NCBI RefSeq assembly: GCF_009914755.1 | Contig: NC_060935.1 | Origin: the human T2T-CHM13v2.0 reference genome, Homo sapiens | Strand: one strand, 5' to 3' | Length of the DNA stretch: 64,000 nt | In this document: piece after piece, positions 1 to 10,440 of the stretch | How positions within the stretch are numbered: the stretch's first letter is position 1 | How the letters are laid out: every line of letters begins with the position of its first letter | The notes under the pieces: generated by a model | The model's input: only the letters and a program-made list of their open reading frames with translations | Databases searched by the model: none | What the model was told of the DNA's origin: nothing | Program-made: the position numbers and the translations under genes

Positions 1-29
1 GAAGACACTGGAGGGAAATTGCTTACAAG

Positions 30-300
30 GCGCTTAAGAGACCTATTAAGCAAACTTGATGTGTGGACCTGCGGCGGATCCCGATTCTATAAGGCCAACT
101 GCACAAAACCACGAGACCCCCTGAGGACTGCGCCATTGGCTGGGTCCCCGATGATATGAAAGAACGGTGGTTCATTTGAGCGGGTGATGTTTTTGCGGTT
201 TCCTTTAGAGGCACACGTGAAACATGACGGGTGAAAGGATTCAAAGTCTGGGATTTGCTTCAAAGCAACGCAGGGATGGCGTGGGGGATGGATGGGGCAG
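30..300 (+). mobile_element. Old L1 3'-end fragment (L1MC-like)
   Basis: gtctgggatttgcttcaaa and gatgtgtggacctg...gatcc resemble the L1MC 3' UTR consensus. Confidence 0.45.
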
Positions 301-1954
301 GAAGGGCCTTGAAACTGGTGCTGGAGGCTTCCCAGGGCTGCCCTGGAGCCCAGTGCGTCCTCCACCGGCCAGACTGTACAACGGTTGGATCCTGTGTCCA
401 CTGCTAGGACCCAGGCTCCACGAGCACGGGCTTGTGTGGCACACGGATGCACCCTAAGTCCTGGCACAGAGACTGCTCAACAAAGGCCTCGGTGCTTTTG
501 TGTATGTTTGAAATTTTCCATAATAAAATGAAAAATGGGAAAATGGGAAAACAAAAATGGCAGCACTACTTACCCTCTGCAGAGTTTTGTCCGCTTCACG
601 CCAGTGGGTGGCAGTCGTTTCCTCTGCCCTGGCCTTCCATCGTTTCCCCCCTACCCTCTTCACCCACCCAACAGCCCCCTGTGGTCCTGGCAGCTGTGGG
701 CCTTTCCTTGAGGTCAAGGTGTGGAGTCCTGGGGAGGGCTCAGGGAGGCCACCGACCCGGGTGTGGATTCTGGGAGAAGCCTGTGGGATGTCCCTCCCTG
801 GGTGACCACGGCAATGTGCCCCCTCCTGTCCCTTGGCCAAGGCCAGTTCCCTGAGCCCTGCAGCCCCAAGCCACAGCTGGTCCACTGACCCCAGTTGAGC
901 CTGGTCCTCATCAGACCAGCTGACCCCTTTGACCCCCGCTACAGACTCGGCTTTGACCTTGGCTGCTGAGGAGCCCCCACCTGGACTGAGGCTGCAGCTG
1001 GCGAGAGAGGAGCCCTGAGCTCCTCTGATAAGAAGGGACCTGGCCAGCCTGACGTTTGAGACCCAGGCATCCCGGTAGCCTGGGTGTCCTGTTGCCGTGG
1101 TTATTCAGGAGCCACCCACTCTGGGACAACACCAGCTGCTCCCACCTCGCAGGGCTCCCACGGCTCTGTCCCAACCACTCCTTTCTGAAGGAAGGGGTGC
1201 CTCTGCGCCCTAAAGAAACCGGGGGAGCCCCACAACCCCTCCCCCACCAGGACACTAAAAGGCAGCTTTCGGTACAGTGAGACATCAAAGCCTCCTAGGC
1301 CCTGAGTCAAAGGTATAGCCGTGTAATATCCCAGTGCCAGCTCTCCGGCTGCGGGGAGCCTGGCGCAAAGCTTCCAAGCCTTCCTTGTTCCTTTCAAGAG
1401 CCGCTCTTAGAATTCAGGTGAGCGGAGACCTGCAGGGCCTCCCCAGTGCGGGCAAAACCCAAAGCTAGCGAGAGGGCAGCCTCCAGGCACCTCTCACTAA
1501 CTCCTCCCAGAGGCCGTTGAGGTGGGTCTGGTCAAACCCATTTGCAAGTTAACCCACTTGCCCTGGGCTGCCCAGCTGCCACGTTAGTGGAGATCTGAGC
1601 GTGGTGGCCTGCGCAGGAGCCCATGCCCTCAGCCCCACAGCCGGTGCTCTCTGGTCAGACCACCTCAGCCTAGCCCCACACCCAGCACTTACCCCAGCCC
1701 TCGGGATGGGTCAGCAGCCTCCAGCCTGCAGCTTCCAAGCCAGCGAGTAGCCCTGTCTGGACAACCCACCAGCCCACCACCTCCTGGAGGATGCCCCCAG
1801 CCTCACAAGGTGTCCCAATGGCTCCGCTATCAACGGCCTGGCTGCACTCCAGATCTCACCCAGACCCACCCTACGGAGGAGGCAGCAGGGTTTGAGGAGT
1901 AGTGACCACGGAAGTCTGGCCGTCACCTGGGAAGTGTAGGTGATAGGAGCCACT

Positions 1955-2585
1955 GGTAAACAGAACTGATTTATTTATAAAGTTCACGCTCCCTTGAAGA
2001 GGTGTGCCCCACACAGGCTTCTCCCTAGCAGAGCAGCAGTGCCCACAAACCCACCCCAGGGTGGGCTGTCACGGGGGCCTCACGCCAGGGACCCCGCCCC
2101 TCAGGGACTGCTCGTGTCCAGATCTTGGCCAGCATGGAAAACTCCAGATAGTGGGGGCAGGGGTCCAGGTCATCTTTATTACGCCCCAGGTCAAGGGTTC
2201 TTTGTACAAAAATAGGTCTCCGTTTGCCAGCAGTGTCCCTCCAGCAGCTCAAGTTAATGTGTAGAAAATGGATTCTCTGTGCCCTTAGAAAATCCTCTCC
2301 CCTCCGGAAAAATCTCCAAGTGTTGGTGCCCCCCGCCCCACTGCAGTCGAGAAGCTGTGGGGAGGGGCGGCGTCGGAGGAAGCCGCCAGCCCTTATGGGG
2401 CCAGCTCCAAGCCCGTTTCCACCGCGGCATTGGTCAGGCTGGGCCGGACGAACGAGGCGGCGTCGGCGGTGCGGGGGGTGGTGGGTGGGTCCCCGGCTCG
2501 CTGGGGGCGGAGCGCGGGCCGGTCCACCTGGCGGGCTCCCCGGCGATGAGCGCGCCGGCCGCTCGCTCGGCTTCCGGGGCTGAGG
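1955..2585 (-). other. ASCL2: ASCL2 exon 2 (non-coding, 3' UTR); 3' end approximate
   Basis: Runs from the acceptor at 2585 to about 15-20 nt past the AATAAA at 1970-1975. Confidence 0.75.
1970..1975 (-). terminator. Poly(A) signal AATAAA of ASCL2
   Basis: tttatt on the plus strand in an AT-rich patch at the expected end of exon 2. Confidence 0.75.
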
Positions 2586-3191
2586 CTGCGGGGGGAAGGT
2601 GGGGAACCAAACGCGCGTCAACGCGGGCGCGGGCCCGGGGCAGACCCCGCCCGGGCCGGCCCTGCCCGCACCTCCCCCAAGCGAAGTCGGCAGTTTCGTT
2701 TGCTCGGTTGGTTTTGGAGTCTTGAGTCCGTGGGTGCCGCGACTCGGTCTGAGACACGGCGGGGGCGGGGCGGGCGCTCGGAGCCGCGGTGAGTCAGGGC
2801 TCCGCGCCCGCCGACTCATTTCTGCCGCCCCGGCCCGGGAGCGCGATTTGCAATGCAAAGTCACCCCGCCTCCAGCACCCCAATCTGCCCCAGGATCCGC
2901 CAGCACTAGAGACCTCAACGGCCCGACGGCCGCTCCCCTCCCCTCGTCTACCCCTCCCTCGTCGGCGGCTGAGCCGCGAGGGGAAGTTTTGCAATCCCGG
3001 ACAAACAAACGCCGGTCTTGCACGGGCTTGAAAAACTTTGGGGGAAATGAAGAGTGAGCGAAATCGAAGCCATCGCTCGGGCCTGGCGCTCGGCTCCGCG
3101 GGCTCCTGGGGGCGCGACCCGCCGGGCCTGCCCACCCCGTCCCTCCACCCCGGCCCCCGGCCCTCCCTCCTCCCTGCCTCCCGGCTGTTAC
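2586..3191 (-). other. ASCL2: ASCL2 intron in the 3' UTR (606 nt)
   Basis: Donor GAG|GTAACA 18 nt after the stop codon. Acceptor pyrimidine tract ccttccccccgcAG|cctcagcc at 2586/2585. Fits the known two-exon structure. Confidence 0.85.
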
Positions 3192-3209
3192 CTCATAGGT
3201 CGAGGGCGC

Positions 3210-3791
3210 TCAGTAGCCCCCTAACCAGCTGGAGAAGTCGAGTAGCTCGCGCTCCGCAGGACTCAGCGCGCCTTCGCAGCCGCTGTCGTCCGACGAGTAG
3301 GCGGAACGCGGGGAGCCGGGCTCCGAGCTGCCCCCGCGGCCCGGGGACGAAGAAGCGCGGGAGGGCGAGGCGGCGACCGGGGTGGTCCCTGGCGGCCCGC
3401 GGGGCGCAGACGGCCGCACGGCCTGCGGCCTCAGCCCTCCCGCCAGCGCGTTGCGCACGGCGTCGTGCTCGGCCAGCAGGCGCTGCAGCGCGCGGATGTA
3501 CTCCACGGCTGAGCGCAGCGTCTCCACCTTGCTCAGCTTCTTGCTGGCGCCGCCGTGCGGCACGTGCTGCCGCAGCGCCTGGAAGCCCAAGTTCACCAGC
3601 TTCACGCGGTTGCGCTCGCGCTCATTGCGCCGCGCTACGGCCGCTGCGCCGCCTCCGGTCTCTGCGGTGGCCGGTCGCCGCCGCCGGCTGCAGCGCAACA
3701 GTTCCGGGGACGCGGGTCTCCGCCGGGCAGCGCAGCCGACAGGGACGGGGGGCGCAGGGGGCGCGGACCTGGGCAGTGTGCCGCCGTCCAT
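3210..3791 (-). CDS. ASCL2: Achaete-scute family bHLH transcription factor 2 (193 aa), whole CDS in exon 1
   Basis: [12 protein letters not shown]...FSSWLGGY with the achaete-scute bHLH signature [20 protein letters not shown]...[20 protein letters not shown] and C-terminal ELLDFSSWL. The ATG at 3791 is in strong context (gcgATGg). The ORF track start at 3806 is an in-frame GTG. Confidence 0.98.
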   Translation of the reverse strand: MDGGTLPRSAPPAPPVPVGCAARRRPASPELLRCSRRRRPATAETGGGAAAVARRNERERNRVKLVNLGFQALRQHVPHGGASKKLSKVETLRSAVEYIRALQRLLAEHDAVRNALAGGLRPQAVRPSAPRGPPGTTPVAASPSRASSSPGRGGSSEPGSPRSAYSSDDSGCEGALSPAERELLDFSSWLGGY

Positions 3792-4069
3792 CGCGCCTGC
3801 ATCCACCCGCCCGCTCCAGGTCCCGGCGCGCCGCAGGAAGGTGCAGGCAGAGGAACCGGAGGCGACGGGGAAAACTGTGGCGCCCCAAGGGGGCTTCTGG
3901 CACGGCGCCGCCAGGCAACTCCCCAGGGCACGCGTCCTAGGTCGTCTGGAGCCCGGGGATAGGAGGCCTAGTGGTGGCAGGCCGTACGCGCCAGGGAGCG
4001 TGGGACGCTCGTGTCCCGCGCGTGCGGCCGGACTCTCCCAGGTCTCCGCAGGCGCGGCGCAGGCGGCTG

Positions 4070-4840
4070 GTTTTTAAATGTATAGATAACCCTCCTCCGC
4101 GCCGCCGCCGTCGCCTTTCTCACGCCCTCCTTCCTTCGCCTCGCCCTCCCGCCACGCTTCGCCCTCCCCCTCGCGCGATCACATTCTGTAAGGCCCAAAG
4201 CGTGCGCATGTCCCCCTAGCCCATCCCCCGGACGCAGTCCACAGATCCCCAGTGCGCCCAACTGGCGAAATCTGCGAGTTCCCGGTGCGCCCCCTGCTCC
4301 CGGCAGGTGCTTAGTGCGCCCCCAAAGCAAGGTACGCAGGTCCTGGGTTGAGCCTTCCCGTACCCCCACCCTAACCCCGCGCGCAGCCCCGCCAGTCCCA
4401 AGAGCCGCCAGACCTTCGCACGCGCAGCGCGCGCTGTGGGAGGGAAGGCGCGGCCCTGGCGACAACACGGCTGTTCGGGAGGCGCGCAAGATCCCCGGGG
4501 GCAGCACGCGCCGCGCAGCCCACACCCACGCCCCACCCTCCTGGGGCCGAGGAGGCGGGGGCCAGGGTCTCAGCCAATCGTGGGCCACCCGTTTGGCCAA
4601 TCGCGCAGGGCGCGGCTCCACGCCCGGCCCCATTGAGGAAGCGCGTACGCGTGGCGCGTGGCTCACGGGGAGCATCGCTAACAAAGCTGGGTTCCTGCTG
4701 GGCCCCGCCCTGCTCCTCGCCCCCGCGACTGGGCTGGGCGCGCTGTCCCCTAGCGCAGCTATGTCCCGAGCGCGCCCCCACCTGTGCGTTAATCTACTGG
4801 GAATGGGGGTGGACTGCGCCTTACCTGGGGCGGGGTGGGG
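4070..4840 (-). promoter_or_regulatory. ASCL2 promoter region: CCAAT boxes (4574-4578, 4597-4601), GC boxes (4701-4710, 4827-4835), TATA-like AT patch (4071-4089)
   Basis: Motifs read directly from sequence upstream of the ATG within the CpG island. The TSS cannot be fixed from sequence. Confidence 0.6.
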
Positions 4841-6824
4841 CTTAAGGAGTGGTCGAGACTGAGGCGGGGTGGGAGGTTCAGGTTCCCGGGGCGCCTTCCC
4901 CAACCCGCCCCGCTTTCCCCGTCCCTCCACGCGCACCCTGCCTGTGGTTTCCGTGCGCCCCCGGCCTGAGGGCTCTGGGCGGCACCTTAACCCGGAGGGC
5001 CTGGAGGTCTGCACCCGACCGCCTTGTGCCAGGACGGTCAGGTCCACGCCCTCCCCCACCGTGGCTCCCTCCATCTGCAGTATCCCCCACCTCCAGCCCG
5101 TCCTGCCCTCCTGTTCTCCGTCTCGCTTCCCGTCGGTGCCTCCGGGATCTCACAGCCCTCGCACCTCTTTTGTGACCCAGGCTGTTTTTCTGCACCCCCC
5201 TCTCCCCTGAGGGCACTGAGATTGGGCCATTGGCCTGAAGGTCTCTGGGAGCAGCACCCTTCCAGGGGAGGTGGGACGTCGAGAACTTCTCCCTAAGAGA
5301 TGCGGGGAAATGGTGGGGCCTGAGAGTGCAAACACTGCAGAAATGCGAAAAATGTAGTGTTAACGGAAGAGTTTAGGTCCTGCCTCACTGTCCGGGAAAC
5401 GCGTGCCCTCGGGGGAGCCTTTGCCAAGCCGGTTTTTCCCGAAGGTGACCAGATGCTCCTGGGCCACTGCCTCTGAGACCTCAGGGAACGGAGATTTTTG
5501 TGGACCCAGCTGCCTGGAGCTGCTTTCCTGTTCCGGCCGGAGGAGGTGAGGCCCAAGACCCCTCCTGGGAGCCTGGGGGCAGATAGCCAGTGTTTACTGC
5601 CAGCCTCGGGGTGCCCACCTGCTCCCATTACCCTGCAGGATGCTGCTGGCTGGCCCACCTGGGCCCCCAGCACACCTGTGTCTCGAGTACGCCTGGCCCT
5701 CCTGCCTTGGGAGGGGCCGGAAGAGTAGCACCTGCCTGGGAGCTGGTGGTCTGCGGTCTCTATTTGGCAGATGAGGAAGCCGACTTGGAGAGAACCCTGG
5801 ATGTGTCCACAGTCACTCCTCCGCCCAGTGGAGCGATCCAGGCAGAAATCGGGGCCCTGAGTCTGAATCCGGGTTCTGCAACCAGGGCAGATGCGGGCTT
5901 GCCTCTGCTCCCTGTCCCTGGTCTGAGAGCCCATTCTTCCCAGATGGTCACTTGGCAAATCACAGCCTGGCATGGATTGTTCTGCCCTCCTTCTGCTGCC
6001 TCCCTCCTTCCCCTTGTCAAGGCTGCAAGACCAGGATCTAGGAACGATCCTGGAGCCCTGCAAACTAGGCCTTGGAAATCCCTGCTGGATTTCCACCTCC
6101 CGGGCTGGGAGCCCCTCGGTCATCTGTTGCTGTGTAAGGAGCCACCAGGATTTTAGCGGTCTGAACAACGATGTATTATTTCTCAGGATTCTGTGACTTG
6201 ATGGGTGGGCCCTCTGCTGCTCTGGGTGTGGCTGCATACACCCCGGGGGTCAACAGGGACGAGCGGTACAGCGGCTGGGTTGCTCTCTACCCGGTCTTCG
6301 TCCAAGCCCCTCCACAGCTGGTAAGATCTCCGGAGCAGGACCTGCAAGCCCTCTTCAGATCACCCCAGAACTTCCTGTCTAAAAACTGAAGCCTCTCACT
6401 GCCCAGGCATGGCTTCTTGCTACCCTGCCCTCAGGCACAGTCCTGCACCCACCTGCGTCTGCTGTGCCATGTCCAGGCCAGTCCCCCCCCACCACCAACA
6501 CCTCTCTCTATCTTCATCCTCTTCCCAATCTGGTCCTCCCACCGCTGTGGAAACCCCGTCTGCCCCCAAAGCCTAGCTTAAAAATAATTCCCTAGGGACC
6601 TGTGTCTCTCCCTGCCTCGGCCCCTCCTTCATTCCTGGGTGCCTCCGGCTGTGCAGCATTTGACACTGCAGCACCCCCCTTAATTCGGAAGCATGCTGTC
6701 TCCTGGACTGGTGAGTCTCCACACTATCTGAGCCGTCTTCTCTGGAACTCTTGGCCTCTCAGTCCGTTCTGAGAATACAGCCTTGGTAAGCACGGTGCCC
6801 ACATGAATGTTTCCAGCAGCAGGA

Positions 6825-7240
6825 TTCAAAATAGCCACATGTCCATCAACAGATGAGTGGATAAACAAAACATGGTCCAGAATAATGGAAGATTACTCAG
6901 CCCTAAAAAGAGACGAAGCTGGTGAACCTCGAGAACACGAGGCCGCGTGAACGAAGCCAGACACCGAGGACCACGTAGCGTGAGACTCTCAGTCTATGAA
7001 ATGTGCGGAGTCGATAAATTCACAGAGACAGAAAGGAGATTCACGGTTGCCAGGGGCTGGGGAGTGACAACAGAGGGATGGGGGTGACTGTGAAAGGGTA
7101 CGTGGTTTCTTTCCCAGAGGATAAGAACGTTCTAACATGGCCTGTCCTGTTGGCTTCACAGCTCTGTACAACACACAAAAAAACCATTGAAATGTACACT
7201 TTGTGGAATGTGAACTGTATCTTGATAAAGCAGTTAGAAG
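6825..7240 (+). mobile_element. Old L1 3' end (L1MB/L1ME-like)
   Basis: atgtccatcaacagatgagtggataaacaaaa...ggttgccaggggctgggg...tgtgaactgtatcttgataaagcagtt. Confidence 0.75.
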
Positions 7241-7342
7241 ACCTTCGAACATAAGCATGCGGCCTCATGGGGCCTTTGCCTGGGCACCCTGGCACCTCTC
7301 CCAGGCTCTACCTATCTCCGACTTCATTCCTGAGCTCTTGAA

Positions 7343-7435
7343 CAGGGGTAAGGCAAACTTTTTCTGCAAAGGAACACGTGGTAAGTATTTTCGGCCTTGA
7401 CGGTCACATGTCTCTGCCACGAGTCGTCTGCCTTG
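7343..7435. mobile_element. MER58-like hAT DNA transposon fragment
   Basis: caggggtaaggcaaactttttctgcaaagg...gtaagtattttcggcctt matches the MER58 terminus. Confidence 0.55.
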
Positions 7436-7544
7436 GGGCGCAAATGCAGGCTTGGGCAGGGAAGAAATAACAAAACTTGCTTCCTGGTCACTGAAACATG
7501 AAGTCCAGGTCACACTCACTGTTACAAAATACTCCGAATTTTCA

Positions 7545-8228
7545 GACTGTGGTTCAATACACATGACATAAAATGGACCTTCTTAACCATTTGTAAGTGC
7601 ACGGTTCCGTGGAATTCAGTATATTCATGTGGCTGTGCAATCATCACCACCATCCATCTCCAAAAGTTTCTCATTTTCCCAAACCGAAAGTCTGTCCCCA
7701 TTAAACAGCAGCTTCCCATGACCCTTCCCCCAGCCCCTGGCACCCACCATCCACTCTGTGTCTGTAGATTTGACTGCTCTGGAGACCTCCTGTAAGTGGA
7801 ATCCTACAGCATCTGTCTTTTTGTGGACCGGCTTCTTACACTGATGCTGATGCCCTCGAGCTTCATCCATGTCGTAGCCTGCATAAGGATTTCCTCTCTT
7901 TTTATGGGTGAATAATATTCCACTGTATGGGTAGACCACGGTGTTGATCCGTTCCTCCGTCAGTGGATGCTGGGGTGGTTTCCACCCTTGGGCTACCGTC
8001 AGTGACGCTACTGTGGACATGGGGGTACAAATATCTCTTTGAGATCCTGCTTTCAGTTCTTTTGGGGATAGACGGAGGAGCGGAGTTGCCAGGTCATACG
8101 GCAAACCTCTGTTTAACCTTTTGAGGGACCACCATGTTGTTTTCCGCAGTGGCTGCCCACAGTACATTCCTGCTGCGCACGAGGTTCTGATGTCTCCACA
8201 TCCCCGCCCACACTTGGTGCTTTCTGGG
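7545..8228 (-). mobile_element. Old L1 3' end (L1MB-like), antisense
   Basis: taaccatttgtaagtgcac...caccaccatccatctcca...aataatattccactgtatg...gtacaaatatctctttgagatcctgctttcagttcttttgg. Confidence 0.8.
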
Positions 8229-8242
8229 TTTGTTTCGTTTCG

Positions 8243-8460
8243 TTTTGTTTTTGTTTGTTTTTGAGACGGAGTCTCGCTCTGTCTCCCAGGCTGGAGTGCA
8301 GTGGCGCAATCTTGGCTCACTGCGACTTCTGCCTCCCGAGTTCCAGCCATTCTCTAGTTTCAGCCTCCCGAGTAGCTGAGACTACAGATACGTGCCACCA
8401 TGCCCGGCCAAATTTTTATTTTTTGTAGAGATAGAGTCTGACTATGTTGCCCAGCCTGGC
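8243..8460 (-). mobile_element. Alu (5'-truncated)
   Basis: gagacggagtctcgctctgtctcccaggctggagtgcagtggcgcaatc, with a T-rich tail. Confidence 0.9.
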
Positions 8461-9639
8461 TGAGGTGATAATAGTTTTTTGATGATAGCTAATGGGTATG
8501 GATTTTAATTTTTTAACCACTTAAGAATTTAAAGAAAATTCCTAGCTTTTGGGCAATACAAAAGCAGGCCAGGGGCTGGATCTGGCCCATGGGCCTCGGT
8601 CTGCTGACAGCTGCTCCAGAGGACTGGTATGTCCACGTGACACCTGGCCCGACCCCCATCCTCCTGCAGCTCCTCAAACTCAACTTGTTGCAGGTTGAAC
8701 TCGGCCTCCTTTCCTCTAAGGAAAGATCCCCTCCGCAGCAGAGAACACCAGGTCGGCAGTGTGGGCACTGCCCTTCCTCTCCCCTGCCCTCTGCTGTACG
8801 TCAGCCCAGCCGCTTCTCCAGCCAGGTCCCCATCTTGCCTTGGACACTGCCCCTGCCTCTGCCCTGGTCTCCTGGGTTCTCAGTTTGCTGCTTCTGTCTG
8901 TGCACCGCCTGGAAGTGGGGGGGCCTTACCCAGCATCCAGCCCAGCTAGATCATGTCCGGGCCCTCGGGGTTCAGGCCCAGCACCCTCACGTGCCATCAC
9001 TCACTGCCTCCTCTCCAGCTCGGACGTTGTATCTCCTGGAAGCCTTCCCTGATCCCAGTGGCCTCCTGAAGCCTCCTCGCCCCTGTGCTCCACAGGGAGC
9101 TGTGCTGCCCGGGCCTGCTCTGTCCAATAGGCTAACCTGACCTGCTCCTTCGACATCTAAGGTGCTGCTCATGTGTATTCATGACCTGGGTGGATGTTGG
9201 GGAGCCCAGGCCCAGCAAAGAGGGGCAGGAGCAGGCAGTTCCGGGGTTGGCGATGGCCCAGGGGAAGCTTTCGGCCTGGTTGGTCAGAGCTCCTGGTGAC
9301 CAAGGGTGACTTCAAAGTCAACGTGAGCCTCACTCACATGAGATGAGCCTAGAGCGTCCAAGAACAGCTCTGTAGCTGGCCAGCCGGGAGCTGCAGCCCT
9401 CGGTCCTGCTGTCCCCCCGGGGAGCCGGCTCCTGCTCCAGGGATGAGCAAGGCTCAAATTGACTTTGAAGTCTCCCACAGGCCGTTTGGAACTGGGGTGC
9501 AGGAGCTGGAAGTGTGGGGCACCCTGGGGAGTCACGAAGCCTGACTGATTGTCAGGCAGATGTGTGGCGGGAGTTGGGGAGATGCGGTAGGACACAGGGG
9601 GGATCTGGGGGGTGCCAGTGTGGGCCGCGGGCTGGGAGG

Positions 9640-9920
9640 TATCATCAGTAACTTCAGATCGTTTCGTAGCGACACTTAAAAAATACCTGAAGAGGGACGG
9701 GTGGAATGAACTTCAACATCATACCCAAAATATTAGCATTTCAACATGTAATCAGTATAAAAATTACTTGAGAGCTGTTTCACATTTTCTTTTCATACCA
9801 AGGTTTTTGAAATCCGGCGTGCGTCTTTTTACACTCACAGTACCTCTCACTGTGGACCGGCCACGTCTCAATGCTCAGTGGCACCCAGGGCTGGTGGCTC
9901 CCGTCTTAGACAACACACAT
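9640..9920. mobile_element. MER3/MER33-like hAT-Charlie element
   Basis: atttcaacatgtaatcagtataaaaatt...tttgaaatccggcgtg...ggccacgtctcaatgctcagtggc. Confidence 0.6.
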
Positions 9921-9979
9921 CTGGACCGGGAGAGCCTCAGGTCCCCTGTGATACCAGTTTTCTAGTCTCTGTATCTGAC

Positions 9980-10440
9980 AGTGTGACATCTTGGGGACTT
10001 GCTGACTATGAAGGGCCACCCCTCCCAGGATAAACTAATTCCTAGAGACAGTGAAGGAGACCCTTTTCATGGGCAAACCCACCAACGCAGAGCCCAACCC
10101 CTTCCTCTATCAGGGTCTTACCTTTGAGGGCACTACACCTGCCCTTGTTACCCCAAGGGAAGGTCCCAGACAACCAGCAGCCCCTAGGCCCTAGAGTTCT
10201 GAACTTATGTCAGCCTGGCCAATCCTAAACCCATATACCCTGCCTTGCCCATTCCTTCTACAGAAACCACAAGAAAGGTTCTTGCCCAGGTCTCCCTGTG
10301 GCTCCCCCACCTTCTGACCGACCCTGTGCCTGTGCCCGCCCCGCTGCCTGTGGCATGCCACCCGCTTTGAGAACTGTGAGCTAACAATTATCTCTTCTAT
10401 GGCAATTGACTCTCGATCTGTTGGCCTCACCATACCTGAA
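9980..10440. mobile_element. MER21-family LTR fragment
   Basis: gccaatcctaaaccc...taccctgccttgcccattccttc...gaaaccacaagaaaggttcttgccc. Confidence 0.55.

Larger units (their letters stand above)
2380..5150. promoter_or_regulatory. CpG island covering the ASCL2 promoter, CDS and intron
   Basis: Very high GC and undepleted CpG throughout, in sharp contrast to the flanks. Confidence 0.92.

Noticed and set aside
240-265. Two TTCAAAG TCF-like sites
   Set aside because: They lie in probable L1MC-derived sequence where this motif resembles the consensus. Weak evidence alone.
3792-3806. N-terminal extension MDAGA of ASCL2
   Set aside because: The first codon is GTG. The canonical strong-context ATG is at 3791.
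2025-5074. Long ORFs around ASCL2 (332, 300, 231 and 368 aa)
   Set aside because: Stop-poor GC-rich CpG island, non-ATG or weak starts, Arg/Pro/Gly/Ala low-complexity products with no domain.
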